Assembly: GCA_017443345.1 (NCBI GenBank) | Contig: JAFSNR010000039.1 | Span: 6,278-70,277 of the forward strand | Reading direction: 5' to 3' | Source of the DNA: Prevotella sp. | GTDB taxonomy: Bacteria > Bacteroidota > Bacteroidia > Bacteroidales > Bacteroidaceae | DNA length: 64,000 nt | Notes under the pieces: model-generated | Told to the model about the DNA's origin: nothing | Seen by the model: the letters and a program-made list of their open reading frames with translations, nothing else | Databases searched by the model: none | Program-made: the position numbers and the translations under genes | Part shown: positions 45,601-54,702 of the stretch, in pieces | Numbering within the stretch: the stretch's first letter is position 1 | How the letters are laid out: every line of letters starts with the position of its first letter

Positions 45601-46007
45601 CTATGGAGACTCACGGAACTTATCTGCTGGATACTTGTATCTGCATCGCCCTGATAAAGAAGATGCCCAGTGTTGTGGCACATATTCGTCGTGTGGGGGC
45701 TAACGAGTGCAAAATTTCCGAGATTACGTTGGCCGAGTTGTATTTTGGTGCCTTTAAGTCGGGGCGTAAAAAGCACTTTGACGATGTGGAGGAGATTAAA
45801 GGACTTTTTGAACAATATGCCATTACTGATAGTCTGAAAGAGTATGGTGATATTCGTTATCAATTGGAACGTATAGGCAAGAAGATTGGCGACATGGATA
45901 TGTTCATTGCAGCCACAGCTCTGCATGAAAATCTCATTGTTGTGACTGGCAATACCGACCACTTTGAGCGTATACCAGGTTTGAAGATTGAGAATTGGAT
46001 GGAGTAA
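45594..46007 (+). CDS. vapC: PIN-domain toxin (VapC family)
   Basis: 'YLLDTCICI', 'ITLAELYFG', 'IGDMDMFIAATAL', 'VTGNTDHF'. Confidence 0.9.
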   Translation: MVTMETHGTYLLDTCICIALIKKMPSVVAHIRRVGANECKISEITLAELYFGAFKSGRKKHFDDVEEIKGLFEQYAITDSLKEYGDIRYQLERIGKKIGDMDMFIAATALHENLIVVTGNTDHFERIPGLKIENWME

Positions 46008-46106
46008 TACGCTTACATTCGATACCAACACCATCACTTTCCCCCACATCGGTGAGAGGGATGTTTCGTTTTGGCGATATGATGTCAGATATTTCATTTC
46101 AGTTTT

Positions 46107-46181
46107 TTATGCGAGGGCGAGCAATGCGGTGATGATGGTTCTTTGCAGAACAAAGCGGCAAAGTCGAGCGTTCTTGTTCAT
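46107..46181 (-). pseudogene. 24-codon remnant of a signal-peptide gene paralogous to 48501..50468
   Basis: 24 nt (46113-36) identical to 50430-53, and 14 nt (46171-84) identical to 50458-71. Confidence 0.7.
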
Positions 46182-46183
46182 AA

Positions 46184-47398
46184 TCATTTCTGCGCTTTCT
46201 CTATTTCATTCTTGATGGTGTCTAAGCCAGGGAAACCGATGCTCTTGTAGGACTGCTCGCCCTTGGTGTTGTAGATGGCGTATGTGGGAATACCGGGAGC
46301 CTCGTACTTGTCGAGGATGTAATTGTATTGTTCCTCCGTCAGGTAGTAGTGGTCGCCGTCGATGTCCTTGATCATTTCCTGCCAAGTGGTTGGAGGCGAC
46401 GAGGGTGGGGTGATGTAGACAAACTGGATGTTGCAGCCTTTGGCCTTTGGCCGAGCCTGCTCACGCTCGGCAGAGTCCAAGCCAGCTTGACTCTGCTCTC
46501 GCTCACTCGCAGTCTTCATTTCCTCTTTTATCGATGCCATTGCCTTGTGCCCAGCGCGGCAGGGACCACACCATGTGGCCCAGAGGTCGATGAGCACGGC
46601 CATCCCTTTATACTTGTCAAGGATAGTTTGCAGTATGTTTTCTGGGGCAACGTCATCATATTTCTTGAAGAATACGTTCTCATTATTGGCCAATTCCTCG
46701 GCTATCTGCTGCTCATCCTTCGCATAGACATAGGAATGGATCTCTGCCAGCTGGTCTTCAAATCCTTTTGGCGCACGGGCGGCGATAGTCTTTTCCACAT
46801 CTTTCAACTGTTCCATGTATGGGAAGTCTTTTCTTTCCCTTGTCACTATCATTGCCCATTCGGATATGTGCATTAATGAACGGATTGTAGCGGCATCCAC
46901 TGGCAATGATGGCAGGATATCCATTTGTTGCTTCATCCATATCATCGTAACGGAGTTTCGTTTTTCCCTAGGTGCATGAGTCAAGTCCATCTGCATACTT
47001 TCTGTCAGCACGTCGCGACAATGCTCCGTTATACGGCTTTGTGTCTGCTGTTCAGGTATTGGACTCTCCACTTTCCATAAGGGGACTAAAAGGTCAGTAC
47101 CTGTTACTTTCACAGTTACATCAGGCTTCAGAAAGATGTTTATGTGCCGATTGGGGCAGCCTTCGCCATAGAAAGAGAGGTTACTCTCAGTAAATCCCTC
47201 AACGGGCAGGGTGTAGGCGAATCGTCCGTTTTGGACGGTATCTACAACAGTTCCCGAACTACCAGTACCAGCAAGCACCAATGTACCATCTTTCAACGCG
47301 GGTGAATAACCTGTGACAGTTGCTGTCTTTGTTGACTGTGCCCAGCCTGTCAGTGCGACGAGGGCGAGCAGTACGGTGATAATAATAGGCTTGTTCAT
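46184..47398 (-). CDS. TlpA-family thioredoxin-like exported protein (CxxC)
   Basis: 'LIDLWATWCGPC', 'GIPTY'; signal peptide. Confidence 0.88.
   Translation of the reverse strand: MNKPIIITVLLALVALTGWAQSTKTATVTGYSPALKDGTLVLAGTGSSGTVVDTVQNGRFAYTLPVEGFTESNLSFYGEGCPNRHINIFLKPDVTVKVTGTDLLVPLWKVESPIPEQQTQSRITEHCRDVLTESMQMDLTHAPREKRNSVTMIWMKQQMDILPSLPVDAATIRSLMHISEWAMIVTRERKDFPYMEQLKDVEKTIAARAPKGFEDQLAEIHSYVYAKDEQQIAEELANNENVFFKKYDDVAPENILQTILDKYKGMAVLIDLWATWCGPCRAGHKAMASIKEEMKTASEREQSQAGLDSAEREQARPKAKGCNIQFVYITPPSSPPTTWQEMIKDIDGDHYYLTEEQYNYILDKYEAPGIPTYAIYNTKGEQSYKSIGFPGLDTIKNEIEKAQK
46433..46513 (-). repeat. In-frame palindromic element inside the TlpA-like gene
   Basis: Two overlapping hairpins (46470-96 and 46450-71); encodes TASEREQSQAGLDSAEREQARPKAKGC. 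Confidence 0.7.
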
Positions 47399-48504
47399 GT
47401 TCTTTGCTTTTGTTGTGATAGTTTTCTGCTCAAGTCAAATGACTTTATCCAGTCCTCGGCACTCTTGATCATCTGATTGAGTTTCTCTGTTGGCTTCTCC
47501 TCCTTGCGAGCGAGGTCCAGGAACTGGCGATAATATGATTCAGCCTGCTCACCATCTTTAAGGAGATAAGCATAGGCATTGGCGATATTATAATAGGTGG
47601 CGATGGAGGTCGGGTTATAGGCGAGATGTTCCTTCCACGCCGTGACGGCCTCTTGATAGTGTTCCGTCAAGTAATAACCCTCGCCCTGCGAGAGTGTAAT
47701 GGCCTTCATGATGGTGGTGTCGGGTTGCATCAGCTGTCTGGCGAGATCGAGATAGCCAAGCCCTTCGGGATAGCGCTTCGTGTCGATGCAAACCACACCG
47801 AGACGGTAGGCACAGCCATAGTGCTGCATGCCACTCATCAGAAAAGCCAACTGCAGATAATGATAGGCACGCTCGAGATCTTCTATCTGTGAGTAGCACA
47901 TGCCTGCTGAATACAAATTGTTGAAGGTAGAGTCACCCTGCTCCAACAGTCGATCGTATAACTTGCCAGCCGCTGTGAAATCACGATTCATGAACCATGC
48001 ATCGGCCAGCGCCCTGTTCACAAGGATGTTCGTGGAATCCCTCTGGCTGTATATCATGCCATGGATAATACCATTTTGCGGTTGCTGGGTTTTGACATGT
48101 GCGAGTATGAGATTCGCGACCACCTCGCCATCCATAGGATAATAGTAAGTCAACTGACTTGCCCAGAAGACAAAGGAGTCGTTGTCACCCTGTTTCTGAT
48201 AGCTGAAGCATAGCTGGCGGAAGGCATCGTGGGAGAGGCTGTCCTCGGGCACCAGTTTCAGGAGGTCAGCTGTCTCGCGATAGTTGCCACGCTTATAATA
48301 GCAGTCGGCCAGTTTGGTGCGCACCTCGTAGGTATCGGCCATGTTGAAGGCTTGCTGGTAATACTTCAGCGCCTCAAAGGTGTTGTACCGTTGCATGCAA
48401 CTATCACCAGCCTGTACAAATAACTGCAATGAATCCTTTGTCTGTGCCTGCCCCGTCATAGTGACGAGGGCAAGCAGCATTATAATGATAGCTTTCATAT
48501 TCAT
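47395..48504 (-). CDS. Exported TPR-repeat protein
   Basis: Helical TPR patterns 'ALKYYQQAF', 'LADCYYKRGNYRETADLL', 'YYNIANAYAY'. Confidence 0.85.
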   Translation of the reverse strand: MNMKAIIIMLLALVTMTGQAQTKDSLQLFVQAGDSCMQRYNTFEALKYYQQAFNMADTYEVRTKLADCYYKRGNYRETADLLKLVPEDSLSHDAFRQLCFSYQKQGDNDSFVFWASQLTYYYPMDGEVVANLILAHVKTQQPQNGIIHGMIYSQRDSTNILVNRALADAWFMNRDFTAAGKLYDRLLEQGDSTFNNLYSAGMCYSQIEDLERAYHYLQLAFLMSGMQHYGCAYRLGVVCIDTKRYPEGLGYLDLARQLMQPDTTIMKAITLSQGEGYYLTEHYQEAVTAWKEHLAYNPTSIATYYNIANAYAYLLKDGEQAESYYRQFLDLARKEEKPTEKLNQMIKSAEDWIKSFDLSRKLSQQKQRT

Positions 48505-50468
48505 TTTTTTAGTCTTTCTTTTAGGGCCTGCAGTTCCATTTCGATGTTGAAAAGACTTTGAATCTTGACATCTTCACGTACACGTAGACCATCGGGAGTG
48601 AAAGTTTCTGAGTGAGGGATGGCACTAAACAGCAAAAGTTCTTGTAAATGACGGAAATCGTTGAGACTGACACAGACGGTCTCTTCGTCAGCAAGCCATT
48701 CAGTCACATATTTCTTATAGGCATCGCTACCACCGGGTGTGCGTTCGCCAGCAATGAAGACGATTTTCACGTCGTCGCGCTTGCCCATCTCAGCACGTAT
48801 ACCCTTACTGTTCTGAATTTCAATGCGACAACCTCCGCACCCCATTCCCCAGAAGTCGAGCACGAGGTATCGCCCAGGATATTTGGCCATGATATTGCTG
48901 ATGATTTCTGCCCCCGGGCCTTCAGGCAACGGAGATGTAATGCTCTTTTGCGACATTTTCGCCTGATAGAATTCCTCGGCTTTCTGGCGGACATAGGGAT
49001 GCGTTAATTTCGAGAGATATTCCTCCATGATGGAGGGAAGTGTTTCTTCATTCTGCCGCCAGGAGTTGAAATGATCCAGTATTTCCTGAAGAATACCGAG
49101 CTGTGCCGTCAGATTATCATGCTTACCCGTCAACTCGTGTAGCATGGCAATGCCATTATCCAGAGAAGCCTGTTTGGCTTCACGTACGGGTGGGGCTTTA
49201 TAAACACGGTTGAGGGTAAAGAAATAATCATCGCTGACCATCAGCAGGGGATTGTCAAAGTCGATACGATCTAATGCCTTGTAGTTGTTTATATCGGCAA
49301 AGGTTTTTATTTCAACACTGTCGATCAATGTCCGTGTCCAGCTGCCATCCTCTAATTGTTGAAAGGGCATGAGCCTGAATTCACTATTCATGGCATAGTC
49401 TATCAGGGCCATTGCATAAGCAGACTGCATTTCGCCTAATGCCAGGTTTACCTCCATGGGTGTAAAGTGATCTCGACGACTGATCATGTCGATGCGTGCC
49501 AGCATGTTCTGCCAGACCTGATCGGCTATGGGGTTGACTTCGCTGAATTTCCCTTTGAAAGATGAGAGAGGCCTGGCCATCTGTGTTAGTCGCAAGTCTG
49601 ATTTCAGCAATCGCTCCACTTCATGGCTGCTGCCGCTGTCGTAGAAACATTCCCATTGTCCATCCTTATTAGGGTGAATGACGATGTTGATAGTCTCACC
49701 AGGACGAGCAAAGAAGGGCATTTTAGTGAAATCTGTATTGGAGTCGTTATTGGTGACTTTTACATAGAATGCCGATTTCATGGGATAGCTGAGCTGCATG
49801 GTCTTTTCGAACGAGCCGTTGGGTTCTATCTCTATCAGTTGAGTACCATGATCACCGACCATCACATCATACACGTAAGCTTCCATCGAGGTAAAACCCA
49901 TCCGCTCAGCGTCATAGTCCTCAATACGGCCACGAATGGTGACACTGCCCGACGTCAGCCAGTCGGTAGGGAGCGTAAAAGGATTGCGGGCATAAAGTTC
50001 CTGTATCGAAGGTGCTTTAATGATCGTTCCCTTCTCATGAATACCAAGAATATTGACTTCCCAAAGTGCATCAGCCTCGATGAAGTCAAAGAGCTGAACG
50101 TGCTGGGGCATTGGGTCGAAATGAACTTTGAATTCAGTGGTGCCAGGTGATTCGATCCATGCGTCAAGAGCAATGCCCTCGGCCGAACGCAACGGGTAGT
50201 GATGACCATCCTCGTCGACGAGGTAACTATTGCGAACGAAGCGGAAGGTTTCGCCTTGGGGGCAAACCATAGTAAACTGGAGTGTGGTGGCCGTATCGGT
50301 CATTATGACTTCGTCGATCTTTAATTCGCCGATGATCACATCTGCATTGACCATCGCCTCTGGGACCTTGATGGAACGACTGGTGTTTATCGACGTCTTA
50401 TTAACTTTTGCCAGCCCCGTCACACATAAGAGGGCGAGCAATGCGGTGATGATAGTTTTCTTGTTCAT
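48501..50468 (-). CDS. Large exported protein with C-terminal thioredoxin-like domain (CGGC)
   Basis: 'LVLDFWGMGCGGC', 'FSAIPH'; signal peptide. Confidence 0.8.
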   Translation of the reverse strand: MNKKTIITALLALLCVTGLAKVNKTSINTSRSIKVPEAMVNADVIIGELKIDEVIMTDTATTLQFTMVCPQGETFRFVRNSYLVDEDGHHYPLRSAEGIALDAWIESPGTTEFKVHFDPMPQHVQLFDFIEADALWEVNILGIHEKGTIIKAPSIQELYARNPFTLPTDWLTSGSVTIRGRIEDYDAERMGFTSMEAYVYDVMVGDHGTQLIEIEPNGSFEKTMQLSYPMKSAFYVKVTNNDSNTDFTKMPFFARPGETINIVIHPNKDGQWECFYDSGSSHEVERLLKSDLRLTQMARPLSSFKGKFSEVNPIADQVWQNMLARIDMISRRDHFTPMEVNLALGEMQSAYAMALIDYAMNSEFRLMPFQQLEDGSWTRTLIDSVEIKTFADINNYKALDRIDFDNPLLMVSDDYFFTLNRVYKAPPVREAKQASLDNGIAMLHELTGKHDNLTAQLGILQEILDHFNSWRQNEETLPSIMEEYLSKLTHPYVRQKAEEFYQAKMSQKSITSPLPEGPGAEIISNIMAKYPGRYLVLDFWGMGCGGCRIEIQNSKGIRAEMGKRDDVKIVFIAGERTPGGSDAYKKYVTEWLADEETVCVSLNDFRHLQELLLFSAIPHSETFTPDGLRVREDVKIQSLFNIEMELQALKERLKK

Positions 50469-50499
50469 AATGATAGTTATTTGGGATTTAAATCGCCGG

Positions 50500-50507
50500 C
50501 AAAGTTA
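50500..50507 (-). promoter_or_regulatory. -7 box of the TlpA/TPR operon
   Basis: TAACTTTG on the minus strand, followed by the palindrome GATTTAAATC (50485-94). Confidence 0.55.
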
Positions 50508-50696
50508 TGATGAATAAGCGAACCGCACAAGGATTTAAACGGGAAATTGCCGTCGGGGGTGTTGCAGGCATTTTTGAGTTAAAAACTTGACAATGTGAAA
50601 GATACCACAAAACATCCATTAAAAAAAGTAGCTGAGAGAAACGGGCTGAGAGCGAGAAAAGAAGCAGAAAGCCTTGCAAGTTTGGCGAAAAGGCCG

Positions 50697-50704
50697 TAAT
50701 TTTG
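50697..50704 (+). promoter_or_regulatory. -7 box of the TPR-HTH regulator
   Basis: TAATTTTG, with CTTG 20 nt upstream. Confidence 0.55.
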
Positions 50705-50723
50705 CACCAAAATAATCATCGAT

Positions 50724-52301
50724 ATGAAGAAAGTATTCATCTTACTGGCAGTCATGGCTATCATGATAGGATGCACTGAGCGGCAGCACCCCCTGTTCAG
50801 GCAGGCTTGGCAACTAATTGAAGACAGACCTGACTCGGCAAGAAGCATTTTGGAAAAAGTAAGCGAGATTGATCTGACTGAGAGCGGACGGGCAGAATAT
50901 GGGTTACTGAAGACTATAGTAGACTATAAGACTTTTGGAACGATAAAAAACGACTCGCTCATATCCGCCAGCATGGCCTATTACGACCGACACGGCGACG
51001 ACTGGCACCGTGGTCGGGCCCATCTATACCGCGGTGCTGTTAGAATGTATAGAACCCACGATATTCCTAATGTCATCTTAGACACCATCGTAATAAATCA
51101 TGATACACTCGTGGTAGGAAAGGTTCCACCAGAATACCATCAGGAAGCCATCAAGGACCTCAAAATGGCAGAGACCATAGCAGAAGATGCTGACGACGAG
51201 AAACTGAAGAACCACGCCTACGAACTGATGGCCTATACCAACATTTCATTTAGGGATCACCCGCGTGTTTTGAAGTATTCGCATAAGTGGTTGGATAGCA
51301 GTATCAAGCTAAACGACAGTGTAAAGATTCTCAGAGGCCTATTTATGTGTGCCACCATTCATAATCGCATGGGGCAAACTGACAGTGCTATTGTATATAC
51401 GAAGAAAGGACTGGAATTGTCAAAACATGCTGACGCGTGGATGCCAGCCTACGAAGAATATTTTGAGAAGGCTGAAATATATCTGACGTTGGGGATCATC
51501 AAGAATGCCGAGGACAGTCTGAAGGCATGGGAGGAGATTGTAGGCTACCAAACCAGAGCAAAGGCTCTGAAAGAACAAGGCAAGTATGAGGAGGCTATCA
51601 AGCTGGCAAAGCTGGGCATAGAACATAGCGACCAGCTGAATTGTTTGAGGTGCTGGGAAATCCTCTATGAAATCTATAAGCTGACGGGCGATAAAGAGCA
51701 GGCGTCGTTTGCAAAAATTAAGAGTTATAACAATATGTCGGATTTGGGTCGTATGAATACACAGATGGAAGACTTGCAAAAGAATCTGGACGAAGAACGA
51801 AAAACAAAGGATTTAAGCCATCGCCTATCAGGAATGCAGGAGCTGATAATCGCCTTGTCTGTGATAGTGACTATTGCCATCGTTGCAGGCATGTGGTGGC
51901 ATCGCAGAAAGGTACGTAGACTGAGTACGAAACTGGACGAGGACGCACGTAACACAAGCGAACTGAACTCGAAGGTAGGACAACTGGAGAGTCGTATGGA
52001 ACACATATCGAACACACTGCTGATTGGTACGCAGATGTATAATCAACTCCAGCAGCGTCAGTGCATCGCTGAGGCCACTTCCAAGGAGCAACAGAGCCTG
52101 GTGGACTACTTCGCCCAGCTGCGCCCCAAGCGCTGGCAGGAGTGGCAGCGGAAGTACAAGGATCTATCAACGGCACAATACGTATTCCTCATCATGCAGG
52201 ATGACCTTCGCTACGACGACGAGGCCATCGCCAACGCCCTCAACGTAAAGCGTCCCTCCGTCCGCAGCATGCGTTCAAGAATCAAAGGACGGGAGAGGTA
52301 A
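50724..52301 (+). CDS. Lipoprotein-like TPR sensor with TM segment and C-terminal LuxR-like HTH
   Basis: Lipobox 'MIGC', TPR helices, TM 'LIIALSVIVTIAIVAGMWW', terminal 'EAIANALNVKRPSVRSMRSRIK'. Confidence 0.75.
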   Translation: MKKVFILLAVMAIMIGCTERQHPLFRQAWQLIEDRPDSARSILEKVSEIDLTESGRAEYGLLKTIVDYKTFGTIKNDSLISASMAYYDRHGDDWHRGRAHLYRGAVRMYRTHDIPNVILDTIVINHDTLVVGKVPPEYHQEAIKDLKMAETIAEDADDEKLKNHAYELMAYTNISFRDHPRVLKYSHKWLDSSIKLNDSVKILRGLFMCATIHNRMGQTDSAIVYTKKGLELSKHADAWMPAYEEYFEKAEIYLTLGIIKNAEDSLKAWEEIVGYQTRAKALKEQGKYEEAIKLAKLGIEHSDQLNCLRCWEILYEIYKLTGDKEQASFAKIKSYNNMSDLGRMNTQMEDLQKNLDEERKTKDLSHRLSGMQELIIALSVIVTIAIVAGMWWHRRKVRRLSTKLDEDARNTSELNSKVGQLESRMEHISNTLLIGTQMYNQLQQRQCIAEATSKEQQSLVDYFAQLRPKRWQEWQRKYKDLSTAQYVFLIMQDDLRYDDEAIANALNVKRPSVRSMRSRIKGRER

Positions 52302-52327
52302 CATCTTCTTCCCCATTTTCATATAGT

Positions 52328-54025
52328 TTACTTTTTCTTTGTCTTCGGCAGGTCGCCTATGCGGGTGAGGGTGAAGTCGGTGGCGGAGAACCATTTGGCG
52401 CGGCAGGTCTTGCCAGTGAATGCAGGGTCGCTGGCCATGCCGTAAGCAATGGTGTCGCCTGTCACGATGATATTTTCTATGGTGGCTATTGACCAGCTGT
52501 CAAGATTGCTGTCATGATTCCTGACGGCATCGGCAGCCACTTCCAGATTCAGGTTCTGATGCTGCAGTCGGACTGTTTGCTGAAGGCTGTCTGTCAGTTC
52601 CTTCTGAAGGGCTTCATAGAGTCCTGCAGGTTTGTTGTCGTAGGCGGGAATCTCAATCAGTTTTTTATTGTCGGCTACGGCATAGACGAATGCACCCGGT
52701 CCCTCGGCTCTCACAAGACAGTCCAGACGATAGATGCCTGGCACGACCTGCTGCTTTCGTTCCACCTGAAATATGGCTTCGCAGAAGTCGTTATAGGTGT
52801 CGAGATAACGTACCCTGCTGTCGCCAGTGGGATATTGTCCGCTCCACGTGTAGTGGTCGCAGTTCTCTGCCTTCAGGATGTTCCAACTGCCGCGTCGCAG
52901 GAAGTCGGCATCCTCCTCATTCATCTCCACGTCCTGATAGAAGTGCTGATGCCTGTCGCGATAGAGCCTGCTCTCATGTTCCTGACTATAGTTCGCCATC
53001 GTGATGCCACAGGGCACAATGCAGCAGAGAGCGGCAATCCAGAGCACTATCCATACGATGCGCTGCACGATGCCCATCGGCTGAACCTTATTAGATAGCG
53101 ACATCACCATGTGGATGATGGCATAGATGGGTATCAGCAGCATCATAAAGAGTGCTATGACGAACAGGATGAGCACCATCGGATTGGTCTGATAGAGTTC
53201 TGCCAGTCCCATTGTCTCCAAACTGAACGGCATGTTGCTTGAGATTGGGAACACCAGTGCCGACACCAGTACGACGAGGGCAAAAAGGAACCCGCAGCAT
53301 AGCGCCACACAGACAATCATGGCGATGGCGACGGAGAACCCGAACAGGATTTTCAGGAGAATAGAGAACAGGCTGCGTAGCAGGTTGGGACGCTCCACCG
53401 TCTGCTTATCCTTCTCAACTACCACATCCGCCAGATTCTGAGGTGTCACGTCCTTTCCCTCCATCTGCAGGAGTTGCTCAGGCGTTTTGGCTTCAGGCAG
53501 TACGATGGCCAGCACGATATAGGCTATCAGACCGATGCCATAGCATGCCGTGAACACGATGGTGCCCAGGCGCCAGATGGCAGGATCGGTATCGGTGTAG
53601 GTAGCAAAACCCGAGAGCACGCCAGCCAGCATCTTGTCCTTGGGATTGCGGAAGAGCTTCTTGCCTGCCGTCCTTGCGCGAATCTCTTCGCGGAAGCCTT
53701 CTGCTGCCGACTGGAACGAGTCAAAGCGATGGTTTTCCTTTTCCTCGCTTTTACCTTCTTCCTCGTCCGTCAGTTGTTCAGGCTCTCCGATGCGGGTGAT
53801 GATTTCCTTCACGTGTTCGATGGTGATGGCCTCCGTGCCGTTCTGACGGAGTTCGTCAAAGAGTTCTGCAATACGACTCTCTATGTCATCGACAATTTCT
53901 TCGCCTCCATCCTGCCGACCAAACGATGAATGGAGTGACTCGATATAGTGCTGTAGCATCTCGTAGGCATCTTCGTCTATCTGGAAGAGGCGGCCACAGA
54001 GGTTGATGGTGATATTCTTCTTCAT
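52328..54025 (-). CDS. PspC domain-containing membrane protein
   Basis: 'MKKNITINLCG..F.IDEDAY', 'KLFRNPKDKMLAGVLSG', 'YIVLAIVLP'. Confidence 0.88.
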   Translation of the reverse strand: MKKNITINLCGRLFQIDEDAYEMLQHYIESLHSSFGRQDGGEEIVDDIESRIAELFDELRQNGTEAITIEHVKEIITRIGEPEQLTDEEEGKSEEKENHRFDSFQSAAEGFREEIRARTAGKKLFRNPKDKMLAGVLSGFATYTDTDPAIWRLGTIVFTACYGIGLIAYIVLAIVLPEAKTPEQLLQMEGKDVTPQNLADVVVEKDKQTVERPNLLRSLFSILLKILFGFSVAIAMIVCVALCCGFLFALVVLVSALVFPISSNMPFSLETMGLAELYQTNPMVLILFVIALFMMLLIPIYAIIHMVMSLSNKVQPMGIVQRIVWIVLWIAALCCIVPCGITMANYSQEHESRLYRDRHQHFYQDVEMNEEDADFLRRGSWNILKAENCDHYTWSGQYPTGDSRVRYLDTYNDFCEAIFQVERKQQVVPGIYRLDCLVRAEGPGAFVYAVADNKKLIEIPAYDNKPAGLYEALQKELTDSLQQTVRLQHQNLNLEVAADAVRNHDSNLDSWSIATIENIIVTGDTIAYGMASDPAFTGKTCRAKWFSATDFTLTRIGDLPKTKKK

Positions 54026-54375
54026 TTTGCTTCAATATTATTAATAAGGTGGATATTCTTGAGATGGTTCACTGTGTTTGAGAGTTCCGTCCAGGCTCCG
54101 TCGAGTCCTTCAAGGAAGCGTTCGCCATCAGGGCTGAGGGCATAGTACTTGCGGGGTGGTCCCTGCGTCGACTCCTGCCATTCGTAGGAGAGCAGCCCGT
54201 CATTCTTCAGACGGGTAAGCAGCGGGTAGATCGTTCCCTCCACCACAAGCAGCTCGGCGTTCTTCAGTTGCTGGATGATGTCGCTGGCGTAGGATGGACG
54301 GTGCTTCAACAACAGCAGCACACAGTACTCCAACATGCCCTTGCGCATCTGTGACTTTGCATTTTCGATGTTCAT
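54022..54375 (-). CDS. PadR family transcriptional regulator
   Basis: 'SQMRKGMLEYCVL', 'EGTIYPLLTRL', 'GPPRKYY'. Confidence 0.93.
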   Translation of the reverse strand: MNIENAKSQMRKGMLEYCVLLLLKHRPSYASDIIQQLKNAELLVVEGTIYPLLTRLKNDGLLSYEWQESTQGPPRKYYALSPDGERFLEGLDGAWTELSNTVNHLKNIHLINNIEAK

Positions 54376-54404
54376 ACCTTTACAGTTTAAATGACTTACG
54401 GCTG

Positions 54405-54444
54405 CAAAGGTAAGCAAAAACTAAGTACCTTGCAATACAAAGTA
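54405..54444 (-). promoter_or_regulatory. padR promoter -7 box and an adjacent imperfect palindrome (possible operator)
   Basis: TACCTTTG (54412-05); TACCTTG-N5-CAAAGTA at 54426-44. Confidence 0.5.
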
Positions 54445-54512
54445 TTAAGTTTTTGCCAAGAATTATGTATCTTTAACAAAAAGACTATAAAACGAAAGCG
54501 AAAGTATGCTTT

Positions 54513-54664
54513 TAACCTGAGTTCGGGATCAATAGCGAGTGTGGATTACTGGGCTTGCGCGGGAGGATATATGTCTCTCCGGCAGGGACTCAGGTTACGT
54601 AAGTCGAAGGCGACGAGGTACGTAGCTCGAAGGTATCGAGCTACGTAAGCATGCTACTCGATAC
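54513..54664. other. Highly structured intergenic element (candidate ncRNA or MITE)
   Basis: TAACCTGAGT / ACTCAGGTTA inverted repeat; perfect 12-bp hairpin at 54619-47; 23-nt periodic repeats. Confidence 0.45.
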
Positions 54665-54702
54665 AAAGACAAAGATACTCTTAAATAGAAGTCAAAAATG
54701 AT

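Noticed and set aside
45300-46097. 265-aa minus-strand ORF
   Set aside because: Antisense to vapBC; no recognisable domain.
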